NCBI GenBank assembly: GCA_001643675.2
Contig: LSRY02000021.1
Location: 620,001-684,000 of the forward strand
Reading direction: 5' to 3'
Length of the DNA: 64,000 bases
Origin: Monocercomonoides exilis PA203
Taxonomy: Eukaryota; Protista; Preaxostyla
Part shown: positions 25,879 through 38,000 of the stretch, one piece after another
Position numbering within the stretch: position 1 is the first letter of the stretch
Layout of the letters: every line of letters starts with the position of its first letter
Made by a program: the position numbers and the translations under genes
Notes under the pieces: generated by a model
The model's database searches: none
The model's input: only the letters and a program-made list of their open reading frames with translations
Told to the model about the DNA's origin: nothing

Positions 25879-28800
25879 TTATTTTTCATCTTTAACAATC
25901 ACAAACTTTCTTTTCTTTTTAAAATTATTTGAAATGTTATCATGAGAACTATCTTTTTGTGATTGTTCAATGGAAGATCCAGATAATTCATTTGCCAATA
26001 AGTCATCCTTTGCATTATCATTGCTTTGTAAACTCTTTTCAGAAGATTCGACATCATTTCTATTTGTATTAAATGCACATTCACAAGTAAGATTAACATC
26101 ATCAATATCAAGAATTCTTTTTTCTGAGACCTCTTCCATTGCACAATCATTGCAAAGAATGTATTCAAAACTTGAAGAGGATATATAGTTCAACCTTTCA
26201 AAATATTCCAGGCATTCAATTGGAGTAAAGCCACTGTGTACACAGCTACTACAAAAAGAAAAGCAACAGCCAACACATCGAAAAAGCATTCCATCAGCTC
26301 TGGCAGCATTACGCTTGCATGCACAGCAACAATGATGAGGACAACAGCTTGGAGAACTGGATGTGCCAACAATGCTATTCAATAAGTTTATGCAACTTCT
26401 GTGCATTGATGATGGACAGTGCCGACAATGCACAAATATTGATACACCAGTTTTAATGTTTTGCGTTTCGGAATTTGTCTGCAGAGATTCTTCCCCAGAA
26501 TGAAAATGCTTTAATTCATGATTTGCTTTCGTGGATTTGGATATCGAAACAGACTTAATTGAAGTGTGAGAAGATAGTTTCAATAGAAGATCCTCCTCAT
26601 CTGGTGGCTGCTCCGTTAATTTTCTGCGACAAATAACACAAATAGACAAATGCTGAATCTTTGGAATGGAATCGTTTGCTTCTGTTTGCTTCAATGTCTT
26701 TTTACTTTTTTTAATAGCTTTTTCTTCCATCTCTGCTTGAATAGACCAGTTTGATACTGGAACTTTTCCAACAAATGGTATCTGCTTCATTGTTGTTAAT
26801 GTTCTATTCCGTGCAGCTCGATACTTCTCAGGGACTTTCTTGTTTAATGCTGAATCTGCTTGTGTAGATTCCAAAACTTCAGGCGACTCGTTATCACTTT
26901 TCGAACTGTAATCACTAATGCAAAACGATGAATTACAGTTTTTCTCGATCTTTTGCGATTCTGCTTGAAATGCTGGAAGCATTTGTGAATTATCTTGACC
27001 ACGTTGCATATGGGGTATTGAACTTTCTTGTTGGCATTTTGGTGACTTATCAATAGAATTAACAATTTCAGAAAACAAAGAAGCCAAATGACTGCTTTGC
27101 CTAAAATTTTTAATTCCAAATGTTTCAAATGAACTTTGAAATGGAATGGAACAGGATGAATGATGAGTATCATTTACCCTGTTATGTGTTTCTGTTGAAA
27201 ATTCAAACAGTGATGGAGAAAGAGATGGTGAAACAGATGGTGAAGGAGCAGGAGATGAGGATGGAGAAATGTCAGAAGAATCTGAGTACAAACAATTAGA
27301 GATGGATCTAGAACGAAGGATGCTAATAGAAGGAGAGGGGGAAAGAGACGATGAAACATGAGAAGGTGATAATGAAGGTGGAATCTGTGATAATTCTTTG
27401 GAATTTGTTGATAAGTTAAGTAACATGTTTGAAGAAGATGAAGAAACATGAAACGAAGAAATTTTTTGCGGAGTGCGAGTTGCATCAAGAAGGGTATCAA
27501 TTTCTGTTGCAACTCCAGTGTTGCTTGTTTGTGGTGAGAAATTCTCCAAATCAATCTTTGGGCGAAAAGAAGATTCAATTCTTTGAATTATTGAAAAATC
27601 TGAATTTTGGATTCTTTTCGTTGGAAATTCAAAAGACGGTGAAGATATTGGCGAAAGAAAATCAATTGGAGTTTTCTCGAGATTCTGCATTTTATTTATA
27701 GGTAGACTTTCACTGTTTATTTCCTTCTTTTTCAAATTATTCTCGATGCTCAAATGTGCTGATTTGAAGCATTCATCAACTATTCGCTTAACTGACTCTT
27801 CAGAAATGTCAGTGTCAATCGATGAACGATCTTTAAATGTGATTTCGTTCAAACCAAAATTTAAAATAGATAATAGAGTTTGTTTTTCTAAGGATTCTGC
27901 ATTCATTCTTTCAGAATTTTCATCAAAATCTTCATATTCATCAAGTTTCTTTGCCTCTTTATCGTCTTCCCATCCAACAGCTTTCCTTTCATCCCTCAAA
28001 ACAAGCTCACTCATCAAATCCTTTCTTTTGGCAAGTTGCAGCACTCTTTCTTCGCATGTGCCCCGAGCAACAAGACGGAACACTCGCACTGGCCGTGTCT
28101 GCCCAATTCTGTGGGATCTGTCCATTGCCTGCTTGTCAACAGTGGGATTCCAGTCCGAATCGAAAAGAAATACTGTATCAGCTGCCTGCAAGTTTAGCCC
28201 AACTCCACCGGCACGAGTGCTCACTATGTAAATCCAAGGAGAACTATATGGCTGCGAAAAGAGACTGCACTCATACACTCGCCTTGCACGTGGAGTTGTG
28301 CCATCAAGAAGGAGATGGCGCCATTTCCGTTGGGTAAAGCATTGTGAAAGCAATTGCATGACTGATTTGGAATGTGTAAAGATTATCACTTTATGAGGTA
28401 CACAAGCGCTACTAGACGGAAAAGAAGCAAATTGCTCATGGTTGATTTCCTCTGAATCTAGTAACGAACTATCAACAGAATTTGATAAAGATTCATTGAT
28501 GTTGCAGGTAGACAAAGAATTTTTGTACTGCTTGGCAATTCTCTCGTTCTCTTTAGCAATTCTCTGTAGCATTTCATCCAATACCCTCATTTTGCCTGAT
28601 GCTTTGATGACGGAATCAACAAAATCAGAGCCACTTCTGCAGTCGATCTGTTCGTCATCTAACAAAAGAAAAGGATGATTACAGCATTTCTGCAAGGAAA
28701 CAAATAAATTTGCGAGTGATGTTCGATCCAAAGAAAAAGGCAATCCTGCTTCTTCGTTTTCATCTTTGAGAATTTCAATTGAACTTGGATCCATTTGGAA

Positions 28801-31449
28801 ACAGCTTTTTTGATCGTTAAGAGATTCCAATCCTGGAGAAGAAATAAAGCTAGGGAATGGTGATACAGATGCGGATCTTTTTGCTGACACTTTTTGGAAT
28901 GGTGAATGTTCTTTATTAGCTTCAAAAACTTTTTTCTTATAATAATTCCATTCTGATTCTTCGGCCTCAGGATCTTTCAGATCTGTTAACATATTATCTT
29001 CTTCATGCAACAATTTTGTTGCACGTTGAGGACTTCTTGCGCAATGCAAATACATGTTTCTCTTACAGCGCTCAGAGATTAGTTTATGATATAAAATAAC
29101 TTGAATGCGACTGAGCGGTACACTCACTTTGATCTCCACTTTTGGTGGAAGATGTGCAACGTCGCGCTTCAGCCGTCGCAGCATGACGCATCGAAGCAGA
29201 CGATGCGCTGCGGAAATAACATTTATGTCAAATGGAACAGAGGAAGTCACATCTGATTCTGTATCAATTGACCCGTATTGTGGGGATGGTTTGAAGATTA
29301 TGTTTGAAGACGATTTTGATATGGGAGAAGTCATTTGATCTGATGAAGCGAATTGATCAGTATTGAAATTATCTGAAGGAAAAGATTCCTTTGATGAGTT
29401 CATCCTTTGTAAGCGTGAATGTGGGCCTGGTGAAGATTGGTAAAATGATAAAGAAGTAAAAGTAGAAAAGTGTGGCGGTGAATGCAAACGAGATAAAGAT
29501 GACGTTGTAATCAAAGGAGTGCATGGATAACTGCATGCAGAAGGAGTGGATTCTTGTAGATATAAGGAAAGCGAATCATAATATGTTCCAAATGCTGGCG
29601 TTGAAGCTTGATAAGGAATTGTATCTTTTATAGATCTTATCGCTTTTGTGCTGGCACCTCTGTCAAACACCTCAGGATTGGAGAGGATTTCAGGATAAAG
29701 AAAGTTCAAAAAAGACCAAAGTTCGTGAGTGTTATTTTGAAGAGGAGTTCCTACAATAAGAAGACGTTTAAGTGTTTGAAAGTTTCGAATTGCCTTGCCG
29801 ATAATCCCTGTTTCCAATTTGGCACGCTGGCATTCATCGAGAATGATATATCCCCATTTCAATTTGGACATCCAGGACACGCTATTCATTACAATGTCAT
29901 ATGTGGTGATTACAACATCGATACGATCATCATCTGACTGATGCAAAAAGGAATGAAAAGATTGTTCTTGCCTCGATATATAGTGCCTATTGCTCTTTTC
30001 AAATCTGAATTCCTTGTGAAATTTTGGAGAATAATCTGTTGAGTCTTCGGAATCATAATCGACAATCCTTCTTTTTCTTGTATTTCGAAGAGATATGGTA
30101 TGTGAAGGTTTTGAGCTGCGCTTTTTCTTTGCACGCAATTCAGTAATTTCCTCTTCATCAATTCCAATTTCAGCACTTTCATTTTTAGAGTTAAACTCCG
30201 ATTCATCTTCTTCATCTTCATTCTCATCCTCTTTTTCGTATGTTTCATCGCAATTCTCATATGAGGATTCATTTTCAAATTCATCTTCTTCTTCATCTTC
30301 TTTAATTATTCTTTTAACTTTTTTGGCTTTTTCTGAAAATCTCATTTTTCTGTTTCTTTCGTTTATAGGTTGCATTGACTGCTTTATCTTTTTTGCTGTA
30401 ATTCTTCTCTCACTTGCAGATCCGTAATAAACGCAACATTTCAGAGAAGGAGCCCAAATTGAGCATTCTTTTTTCCATCCGTCAAGTACAGATAACGGAG
30501 AAATAATCAAATGCGTTTCATGTTCGTCGTCTTCTTCCTTAATATCCATTTCAAATTTCCCCGATTCTTTCATCACTTTTTCTTCACTTTTCTTTATTTT
30601 GCTTTGTTGCGTTCCTATTTGTTTAATTTCTCTCATTTGGAGCTGCCTTCTTTTCAATGCCTCCAAAAACACACAAACTTGTACTGTCTTTCCAAGACCC
30701 ATTTCATCTCCTAGTATCCCTCCTATACCTTGTTCGTGCTGCCGAATTAACCATTTCACTCCGTCCACCTGATACCGACGTAGCGTCAAATGGCGGCATA
30801 ACCTATCTCCATTTTCTATTCTCTTAACTGAAAAAGCTCCAGGATCCATCCACGTGCCTGTGTGCAAAATCTCGATGTCATCAGACATCTGCATTACCTT
30901 GTCATAATCTACCGATGCTCTGCGGCAAGCTTCACGGAAAAGAGGACCTTCAACAGTTTCATCTTCCTTTCCAAGAAAAGGGCAAAAATACTTCCAATGT
31001 TGCTTAAAAAACATCATCCTTCGAAAAGCATATGTTAATGCGCTGACTTTCATATCTTTGCAAATCTCTCTAAAAGCTTCGCGATTTTTTCGGTGGGACT
31101 TATCTCTGTGTTTCCTTTTCCTTTTCCGAGTTGGTGTGCATGAAACCGTGAACTTTTTCTTCCTTTCACCCCACATTCGATCGCCTTCAATGAAATTTTT
31201 ATTATCTGCTTTCTGTTCGTCATCTTTTGTAACGAAAGGTAGCTTTGCAGCATCTCGTAATCTTTTCCACAAATCCTTTCCTTTACCTATTTCATAAGCA
31301 TGATACTTCTCGTCTTCTTTTCCAAAAATAGGCATGCAACTCTTTAAGCGTTTTATATTTGATTGAAAGTAATTTGTTGGTGTATTCAGCTCACAAATAT
31401 GAGTTTTCAGCTTTTCATGATAAAACGAGCTATAACTTCTATGTTCCAT
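25879..31449 (-). CDS. SNF2-family chromatin-remodelling ATPase with C-terminal PHD-like Cys/His-rich fingers
   Basis: LRRYQVDGVKWL; motif I ILGDEMGLGKTVQ; II ILDECQR; III GTPLQN; LRRLK; KCCNHPFL; SGKM.VLD; V STRAGGVGLNLQAADTV; VI QAMDRSHRIGQ. C-terminal C..C...C..CP..MH..C...CPHH.C..C...FRC..C..SFC..C. Confidence 0.93.
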   Translation of the reverse strand: MEHRSYSSFYHEKLKTHICELNTPTNYFQSNIKRLKSCMPIFGKEDEKYHAYEIGKGKDLWKRLRDAAKLPFVTKDDEQKADNKNFIEGDRMWGERKKKFTVSCTPTRKRKRKHRDKSHRKNREAFREICKDMKVSALTYAFRRMMFFKQHWKYFCPFLGKEDETVEGPLFREACRRASVDYDKVMQMSDDIEILHTGTWMDPGAFSVKRIENGDRLCRHLTLRRYQVDGVKWLIRQHEQGIGGILGDEMGLGKTVQVCVFLEALKRRQLQMREIKQIGTQQSKIKKSEEKVMKESGKFEMDIKEEDDEHETHLIISPLSVLDGWKKECSIWAPSLKCCVYYGSASERRITAKKIKQSMQPINERNRKMRFSEKAKKVKRIIKEDEEEDEFENESSYENCDETYEKEDENEDEEDESEFNSKNESAEIGIDEEEITELRAKKKRSSKPSHTISLRNTRKRRIVDYDSEDSTDYSPKFHKEFRFEKSNRHYISRQEQSFHSFLHQSDDDRIDVVITTYDIVMNSVSWMSKLKWGYIILDECQRAKLETGIIGKAIRNFQTLKRLLIVGTPLQNNTHELWSFLNFLYPEILSNPEVFDRGASTKAIRSIKDTIPYQASTPAFGTYYDSLSLYLQESTPSACSYPCTPLITTSSLSRLHSPPHFSTFTSLSFYQSSPGPHSRLQRMNSSKESFPSDNFNTDQFASSDQMTSPISKSSSNIIFKPSPQYGSIDTESDVTSSVPFDINVISAAHRLLRCVMLRRLKRDVAHLPPKVEIKVSVPLSRIQVILYHKLISERCKRNMYLHCARSPQRATKLLHEEDNMLTDLKDPEAEESEWNYYKKKVFEANKEHSPFQKVSAKRSASVSPFPSFISSPGLESLNDQKSCFQMDPSSIEILKDENEEAGLPFSLDRTSLANLFVSLQKCCNHPFLLLDDEQIDCRSGSDFVDSVIKASGKMRVLDEMLQRIAKENERIAKQYKNSLSTCNINESLSNSVDSSLLDSEEINHEQFASFPSSSACVPHKVIIFTHSKSVMQLLSQCFTQRKWRHLLLDGTTPRARRVYECSLFSQPYSSPWIYIVSTRAGGVGLNLQAADTVFLFDSDWNPTVDKQAMDRSHRIGQTRPVRVFRLVARGTCEERVLQLAKRKDLMSELVLRDERKAVGWEDDKEAKKLDEYEDFDENSERMNAESLEKQTLLSILNFGLNEITFKDRSSIDTDISEESVKRIVDECFKSAHLSIENNLKKKEINSESLPINKMQNLEKTPIDFLSPISSPSFEFPTKRIQNSDFSIIQRIESSFRPKIDLENFSPQTSNTGVATEIDTLLDATRTPQKISSFHVSSSSSNMLLNLSTNSKELSQIPPSLSPSHVSSSLSPSPSISILRSRSISNCLYSDSSDISPSSSPAPSPSVSPSLSPSLFEFSTETHNRVNDTHHSSCSIPFQSSFETFGIKNFRQSSHLASLFSEIVNSIDKSPKCQQESSIPHMQRGQDNSQMLPAFQAESQKIEKNCNSSFCISDYSSKSDNESPEVLESTQADSALNKKVPEKYRAARNRTLTTMKQIPFVGKVPVSNWSIQAEMEEKAIKKSKKTLKQTEANDSIPKIQHLSICVICRRKLTEQPPDEEDLLLKLSSHTSIKSVSISKSTKANHELKHFHSGEESLQTNSETQNIKTGVSIFVHCRHCPSSMHRSCINLLNSIVGTSSSPSCCPHHCCCACKRNAARADGMLFRCVGCCFSFCSSCVHSGFTPIECLEYFERLNYISSSSFEYILCNDCAMEEVSEKRILDIDDVNLTCECAFNTNRNDVESSEKSLQSNDNAKDDLLANELSGSSIEQSQKDSSHDNISNNFKKKRKFVIVKDEK

Positions 31450-32449
31450 CTCTAAAAATATGAGAAGCCCTTTCAATATAATTTTGTATCAAATTCGAGT
31501 TTACTTAATTTGAGTGTACGTCCAACTATTGCAATAATGATATTTTTCTATATTTTTTGAAGTAAATTTTACTTTTGGGTGCCTGATTTAATAAACTTTC
31601 ATAAAAATTTTTCTTTCATTAGATAAGCGATGAATTTTGAGCAAATTCATATTCATCAATAAAGGATATTGCACGACTCTATTTTTTGTTTAGATTCATT
31701 CGCTTTTCTTTTAAAAAAACAAAAATTTAATTATTTAATATCATCTTTAAACAAAAATTAACATATGAATGATAATATTAAATGCATACGAATCAACACA
31801 ACTTAATTGCAAAAATGTTTGAAATTGATAGTGACAGATTGTACGAGAAGCGATCATAGACCACAGGAAAAAAAAGCTGTTAAAACATGAGAAAAAAAGA
31901 GAAAAAGAAAACACGCAAAGAGGTATGTTAATCATTTCCGCTTACGATAAATGAACTCCACTCTTCTTCCGAACTTGCTTTTTTTCAAGCGATTCAATGC
32001 TTGATGGAATAAAAATAAAAAAATAAAAACTATTAAACAATCATTTAAAAAGAAGACATACAAATGCAAAGAAGACAGAAAGAAAATAAAGAAAGTGCAT
32101 TCAATCAATAAAAGAACTCATTTTTTTTTGACAGCCACTTTCTTTTCTTTTATTAGATTCAGAGCACAACATAGAAAGTAAATATACTACATTTAATCAA
32201 ATGAAATTCTACATATGTGACATGTGTGTGCGTGCTCTGATACAACTTTTCTTGCTTTGCGAAAGAGAAATGACAGAAGCTCCATTCATTCCCCTCTGAA
32301 CATCTACATAAACATGCCAAATACAACAACGACATAAAGAAAAGAAAAAGAAAAGAAAAAGAAAAGAAACTCAACAAATGAGATGATCACAGGCGATGAC
32401 AATAAAAAAAGAAAAAGAAAATGAAACATAAAAACAAAAAAATATAAAA

Positions 32450-32451
<2 letters not shown>

Positions 32452-32498
<47 letters not shown>

Positions 32499-32600
32499 TG
32501 TAACAATTCAAAAGAAGAAGAAGAAGAAGAAGAAGAAGAAGAAGAAGAAGAAGAAGAAGAAGAAGAAGAAGAAGAAGAGGAAGAGGAAGAAGAGGAAGAT
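32452..32600 (+). repeat. Poly(A) run (~44 nt) followed by a (GAA)21 microsatellite
   Basis: Directly visible: A run 32452-32495 and GAA repeats 32514-32576. Confidence 0.95.
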
Positions 32601-32602
32601 GT

Positions 32603-35024
32603 CTAATTTTCTGAAGCATCTCTTCTCCTAAGTGCAACAGGCTTCAGCGGAGTTGTTCCAACTTTATCTTCTTTGGTGCTTTGCAAAAGTGATTGCAAAG
32701 GTTTTTTCTGTTTTGCAGGAGATGGACAAGTTACTTCTGCTATTGCTGACGAAGAAGAAGAAGAAGAAGAAGAAGAAGCTGTTGACACTGCTGCTGCTGT
32801 TGTTATTGGAAGATCCAATGCAGGCACAACTGGCATCGATTTCACAGCAACCCCCTGGAAAGTCTGCGTCATTCTGTTTGGACTGCTCAATGGCTCCTCT
32901 TTGCAGGCAGTGAGTGAACTGTTTGAACAACTCTCTCTTCTCAGCTTGCCTGCCAGCTGCTTTGCTCTTCTCTCGGCTTTGTCTGAGAATGCATTATTGC
33001 TATTAATATTATTACTGCAATTACTACTACTACTATTATTACTACTGTTAATATAACTTCCTCCTCCCTTTCCCCTTTCTCCTCCTCTTTCTCCTCCTCC
33101 AACACAACCCCCACACAAGAACTGCTCCTGCAAAAGCGGCGAGCCACCTGCAAATGCAGCAGGTGTGCTGACAGCAGGCGGTGACTGAGCAGGTGCTGGT
33201 AAATGGGCAGGTACAGATAGCATCTGAGGCAGTTGGAATGAAGGCAGCGTTGGCAGTGAGCTTGTGACTCCCTTTGAAGATGACAGTCTCAGAGGCATCA
33301 GAGAGGAATCTGGATGCACCTCGCCAAATCTGACGGGGATGAGCGAGGGAGTGGAAAGAGAGGCGGTAAGTGGAGTCGCACTGGAGAGACGAGGGAGAAT
33401 GTGTTGATTGGAAGAAGAAGAAGAAGAAGAAGAAGAAGCATTAGTAGTAATAATAGAAGATGCCTGTCTGGGCGCAGGCTGCGTGAATGAGATTGAACGC
33501 ACCTGTGCTCCTTCCCCTGTCATTTCTCTTGTCATTTCCCGTGTCTGTTCTGACTGTGGCTGAATGCGCTGAAACGACAGCGCCGATCTACGGCGCGCCC
33601 AGCTTCCGATTTGTGGCTCGTTCACTTCATTCTGCAGAGGACTTTCAGCTGCCTCTATCCAATCAAATGCTTCGCTGCTGGGTTTTCTTCCATCACTTTG
33701 CGAACTCTGGTGGGAGGAAATGGAAGAAGAGAGGGAAGAGAGGGAAGGAGAAGAGGACAACGAAGCAGTAGCTGCAGCAGGGTCGGGGGAATTGCTGCAG
33801 AAGAAGGTTTCAGCAGGCAAAAGTGTGTCATTGGCGATGGTTGGCGAAGAAAGAGCGGAAAATGAATGATTGTGGGCTGTGGTTTTTGTGGGAGAGGAAA
33901 GAGAAGAGTTGGCAGCGCCGGCATCGACAGTGGGAAGAAGGTTGCAGGAGATGAACATGGAAGAATTGCGAGTGAGAGGAGAGGAAGAGGAAGAGGAAGA
34001 GGAAGAGGAGGAAGAAGAAGAAGTACTTGACGATGGTTGAATAGGCTGTGAGCGTATGGCAGTTAATGATGAGTGCTTTGAAGGAAGCCAACGAGAAGCC
34101 GAAATCGAAGTTTTGTTAGGAGAAGTATACGAAGATTGAGATGATTGAGAAGAAGAAGAAGAAGAAATAACAGAAAAATCACTCGAATTCACTGAAGCTG
34201 AAGAATCAGCCGGCAAAATCGAACCAGAAACGGCTGTTGAGTTCAGCTTGTTGTCAGTTTTGCTTGGAAATCTGTCTTCTTCTCTTTTGAAAGCGGAAAA
34301 GGGGCTTATTTCTTCGTCTATTTCATTCAGCGGAGGCAGAGAACATGAATCTCTGTGTAACCCTCCATTTCTCTGCTTCTTATTCCTTTTCTCTTTCTCT
34401 TTTTCCTTCTCTTTTTCTTTCTCCTTCTCCTTCTCCTTCTCCTTCTTCTCCTCTCCTTCCATCCATGTTTGTTTAATGTTGTCATTCCATTCAAATTGAT
34501 CTGTTTCATTCACAGAAGACAATGTCCTGATTGGGATGCTCACTTCAGACTTCCTGCGCTGCTGTGATTGGAAAGAAAAAGTGAGAGGAAGCTGAGAGGG
34601 ATGAAGAGATTGGAGAGATTGGAGGGAGTGTGAGGAGCGGAGGGAAGGCTGGTTGGAAGAAGAGGAGGAAGAAGAGGAGGAGGAAGAGGAAGAGGAAGAA
34701 GAGGAAGAGGAAGAGGAAGAAGAAGAAAGATAAAGTGGTTGTGAAGGCAAAGATGAAGAAGCAGATAAGTTGACAATCTGAGACAGGGGGATGGCCGGCT
34801 TGTAGACAGCATTTGGAGAAAGAAGAGAAGAAATTGAAGAGTTCAAAGAAGAAGTTGACAGCTGATGTTGCATTTGGGGTGAGGGAGAACGCAAAGCTAA
34901 TGAACTTCGGCGAAGAAAAGAAGAAGAAGAAGACAAAGAGGAGGAGGAAGAAGAAGTAGAAATGGGGGATAATAACAATGAGGAGGATGAAGATGTTGAT
35001 GACAAAGCATTTGACACTGAAGAA

Positions 35025-35067
<43 letters not shown>

Positions 35068-38000
35068 CAGGGAGTGGTGCAGTGAAATTATCAGCAGATG
35101 AGTAAGATCTGCAAAAAGAGGTAGAAGAGTCCAAAGAAAGCAGCGGGCGTGCTCTGAGAGAAGGAGCTGTGTCTGACTTGGCGATGATCTGGCTGATGGG
35201 AAGAGGAAGAATTGGATTTGGTTGTGCAGTGAAAGAAAAGGAAGAAGAAGAAGAAGAAGAAGAAGAAGAAGAAGAAGAAGAAGAAGAAGAAGAAGAAGAG
35301 GGAAATGAGGAAGAAGAGGAAGAGGGAAATGAGGAAGAAGAGGAAGAGGAAGAAGAAGAGAGAATTGGATTAGCTTTTGTCTCCGTTGTTTGCTGATTGC
35401 CTGTTTTTGAATGGTTTCTGCCAAATCTTCTTTTCAAACTGAACTTCCTTCGCGGTTCTTTGCCTCCTTTCGCAACATCATCATTTATCTTGTCATTCAT
35501 TTTCTCCTTCTCTTTTTCCTTCTCTTTCTCTTTCTCTTTCTCTTTCTGTTTATTCCTCGCAAATCTCCTTATCCCCTTCATTCCTTTCACATTTTCTTGA
35601 TTCTTTTCTTTCCTTTCCTCTTCTTTTCCTTCTTCTCCTTCCTTTTCATTTTCGTTTCTCCCTTCGCTCTTATCTTCCATCACCAACTGCCCCATCTTCT
35701 CCCTCTTCTCCCCCATCCCCATATCCTTCTCCACACTCAGCCTCAAATCGACTGCTTTTTCCAGCGAGGCAAAGCTCGAGTGCCGAAAAGGAGGGATTGT
35801 TTGAGGGTTTTTTGTGTCGTCTCTGCCACAGCGGACGAGGGGAGAAGAGCCAAACGAGAAGTTTCTCTGTCGAAGTTGCGAGGGAAGGAAGGAAGACGAG
35901 GTGGGGTTGGATTGGGAAGAGGAGGAGGAAGAAGAGGAAGAGGAAGAAGAGGAGGAAGAGGAAGAACGGGAAGAGGAAGAAGAAAAGGAAGAAGAAAGAA
36001 AAGAAGAAGAAGAAGATGATGATTTCATTGAACCTGATGAAGAGAACGGATCAGAATTAATAAAAGATGGTGAAAGCAGAGAATTCTGCGAAGCAGAAGA
36101 AAAAGAAGAAACATTAGAAACATTAGAACTATTCGAAATATTCGAAATATTTGATAAGCATGAATCATTAGAAGCACAAGAAGTGTTAGAAGCACTGGAA
36201 ACTTGTGAAATCTGAGAAATCTGAGGTGTTTGCGACAGTTTTGAAGCAGCAACGGCTGAAAGAGGAGCAGATTTTGCTTGTCCGAAGGAAGGGAAACGAG
36301 AAGAAGAAGAAGAAGAGAAAGAAGAAGAGAAAGAAGAAGAGAAAGAAGAAGAAGAAGAAACAGAAGAAGAATTGGTTGCAGAAGAAGAAGAAGAGAGCGA
36401 AATGGCTGGAATTAACACGCCAGAAGAAGAAGAAGAAGAGAAAGAAGAAGCATTTGAAGAGGCAGAGGAAGACGAGGCGGAGAAGATTTGGCTGTTGAGG
36501 AGGTCGTAAGAGGAAGGGGAGTGGAGAGAAAGAACAAGAGACTCAGAAGAAGAAGAAAGAGTAGAGAAGGAGGAGAGGGAGGAGAGGGAAGAGGCAGAAA
36601 GAGAGGAAGAAGAAGAGGAAGAAGAGGAGGAGGGAGAGGAAGAGGAAGAGGAAGAAAAATGATCGATGGATGGCATTGCAGGAGATAATGCGTCGTTGTC
36701 AACTGCTGCTGTTATCACATACGAAGTAGAAGTTGGAGAAGAAGAAGAAGAAGAGGAAGAGGAAAAAGGAGAAAAAGAAGAAGAACGAGAAGAAGAAGAA
36801 GAAGAAGAAGAATTCTTTTTACTTGTAGATGAGCTTGCAATGCGAGGCGGAGGTGTCTTTGGACGAGAAGGGCTGAAATCATCGAAGAAATCTTCTGTCT
36901 CCAATGAATTTTTAGGAGAAGCATCAGAAAATGATAGAGATTCCATTCTGAACAAGTCATTGTCAAATTGATGGTTGTGGTTGAAGGCAAAAAGAGGAGG
37001 AGAAGGAGAGGGAGAAGGAAGAGGAAGAGGAAGAGGAGAAGGAGAAGGAGAAGGAGAAGGAGAAGGAGAAGGAGAAGATGATGGTGATGGTAGAGGAGAA
37101 GGAGAAGGCAAAAGAGAAGGAGAGGGAGAAGGAAGAGGCAGAGGGAGAGAAAGAGGAGATGAAGATGAAGATGAAGATGTTGATATTAATGCAGATGTTT
37201 GATTGGAGAGAAGGGAGTTGATTGAAGATTGCTCTGGAAGAAAAGAAGGGGAATAAAAAGGAGAAGGCAAGCAGACAATGGAAGGGGTGGCTATTGATGG
37301 GACAGGAGTTTCGAGTTGTGAAAGAGAAGAAGAAGAAGAAGAAGAAGAAGAAGAAGAAATATTAGTGGAAGAGGAAGAGGAAGAGGAAGGAGAGGAAGAA
37401 GAAGAGGAAGAATTAGTGGAAGAGGAAGAAGTTGTTGCAGTAATGTTTTCGGTTGGCTGTTGAGTAAGACAGGCAAGACAAGTGATTCCAGGAGAAGGCG
37501 AAGGAGAAGAGAAAGAGAAAGAGAAAGGAGAAGAAGTAAGTGGTGGGGTAGGAGTGGAAGGAAATGAAGGAGAATGATGAGGGGTTAATGAAGATGAGGT
37601 AGATAATAATGAGGAAGAAGAGGAAGAGGAAGAAGAGGAAGAAGAGGAAGAGGAAGAGGAAGAGGAAGAAGAGGAAGAGTGCAAAGGTGATGTAGGCAAT
37701 CCAATGTGATGAGCAGAGCTGTTAATAGAAGGTCCTTCATTATTGTTTGATAGACATCTTTTCCTCGCTGAATTTGTGGGAAGATAAACATCAGAGGGAT
37801 TATGCTGCTGAGAGATGAAAGAAGAAGAAAGAGGAGAAAGAGGAGGAAAAAAAGAAGAGGATGAAGTTAAAGAAGAGGAAGAAGAAAGGGAAGAAGGCAA
37901 AGAATTCCGAACAAGCTCTATAATTTCATCTTCATTCTTCACAAAAACAGTCAAAGCAGAAACAACTTTCGAAATTGCATCTGAAAAATCCTCATTTCGC

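Noticed and set aside
32452-32495. Poly(A) as a retroelement or processed-pseudogene tail
   Set aside because: No TSD or element body was recognised, and it lies in an A-rich low-complexity 3' region.
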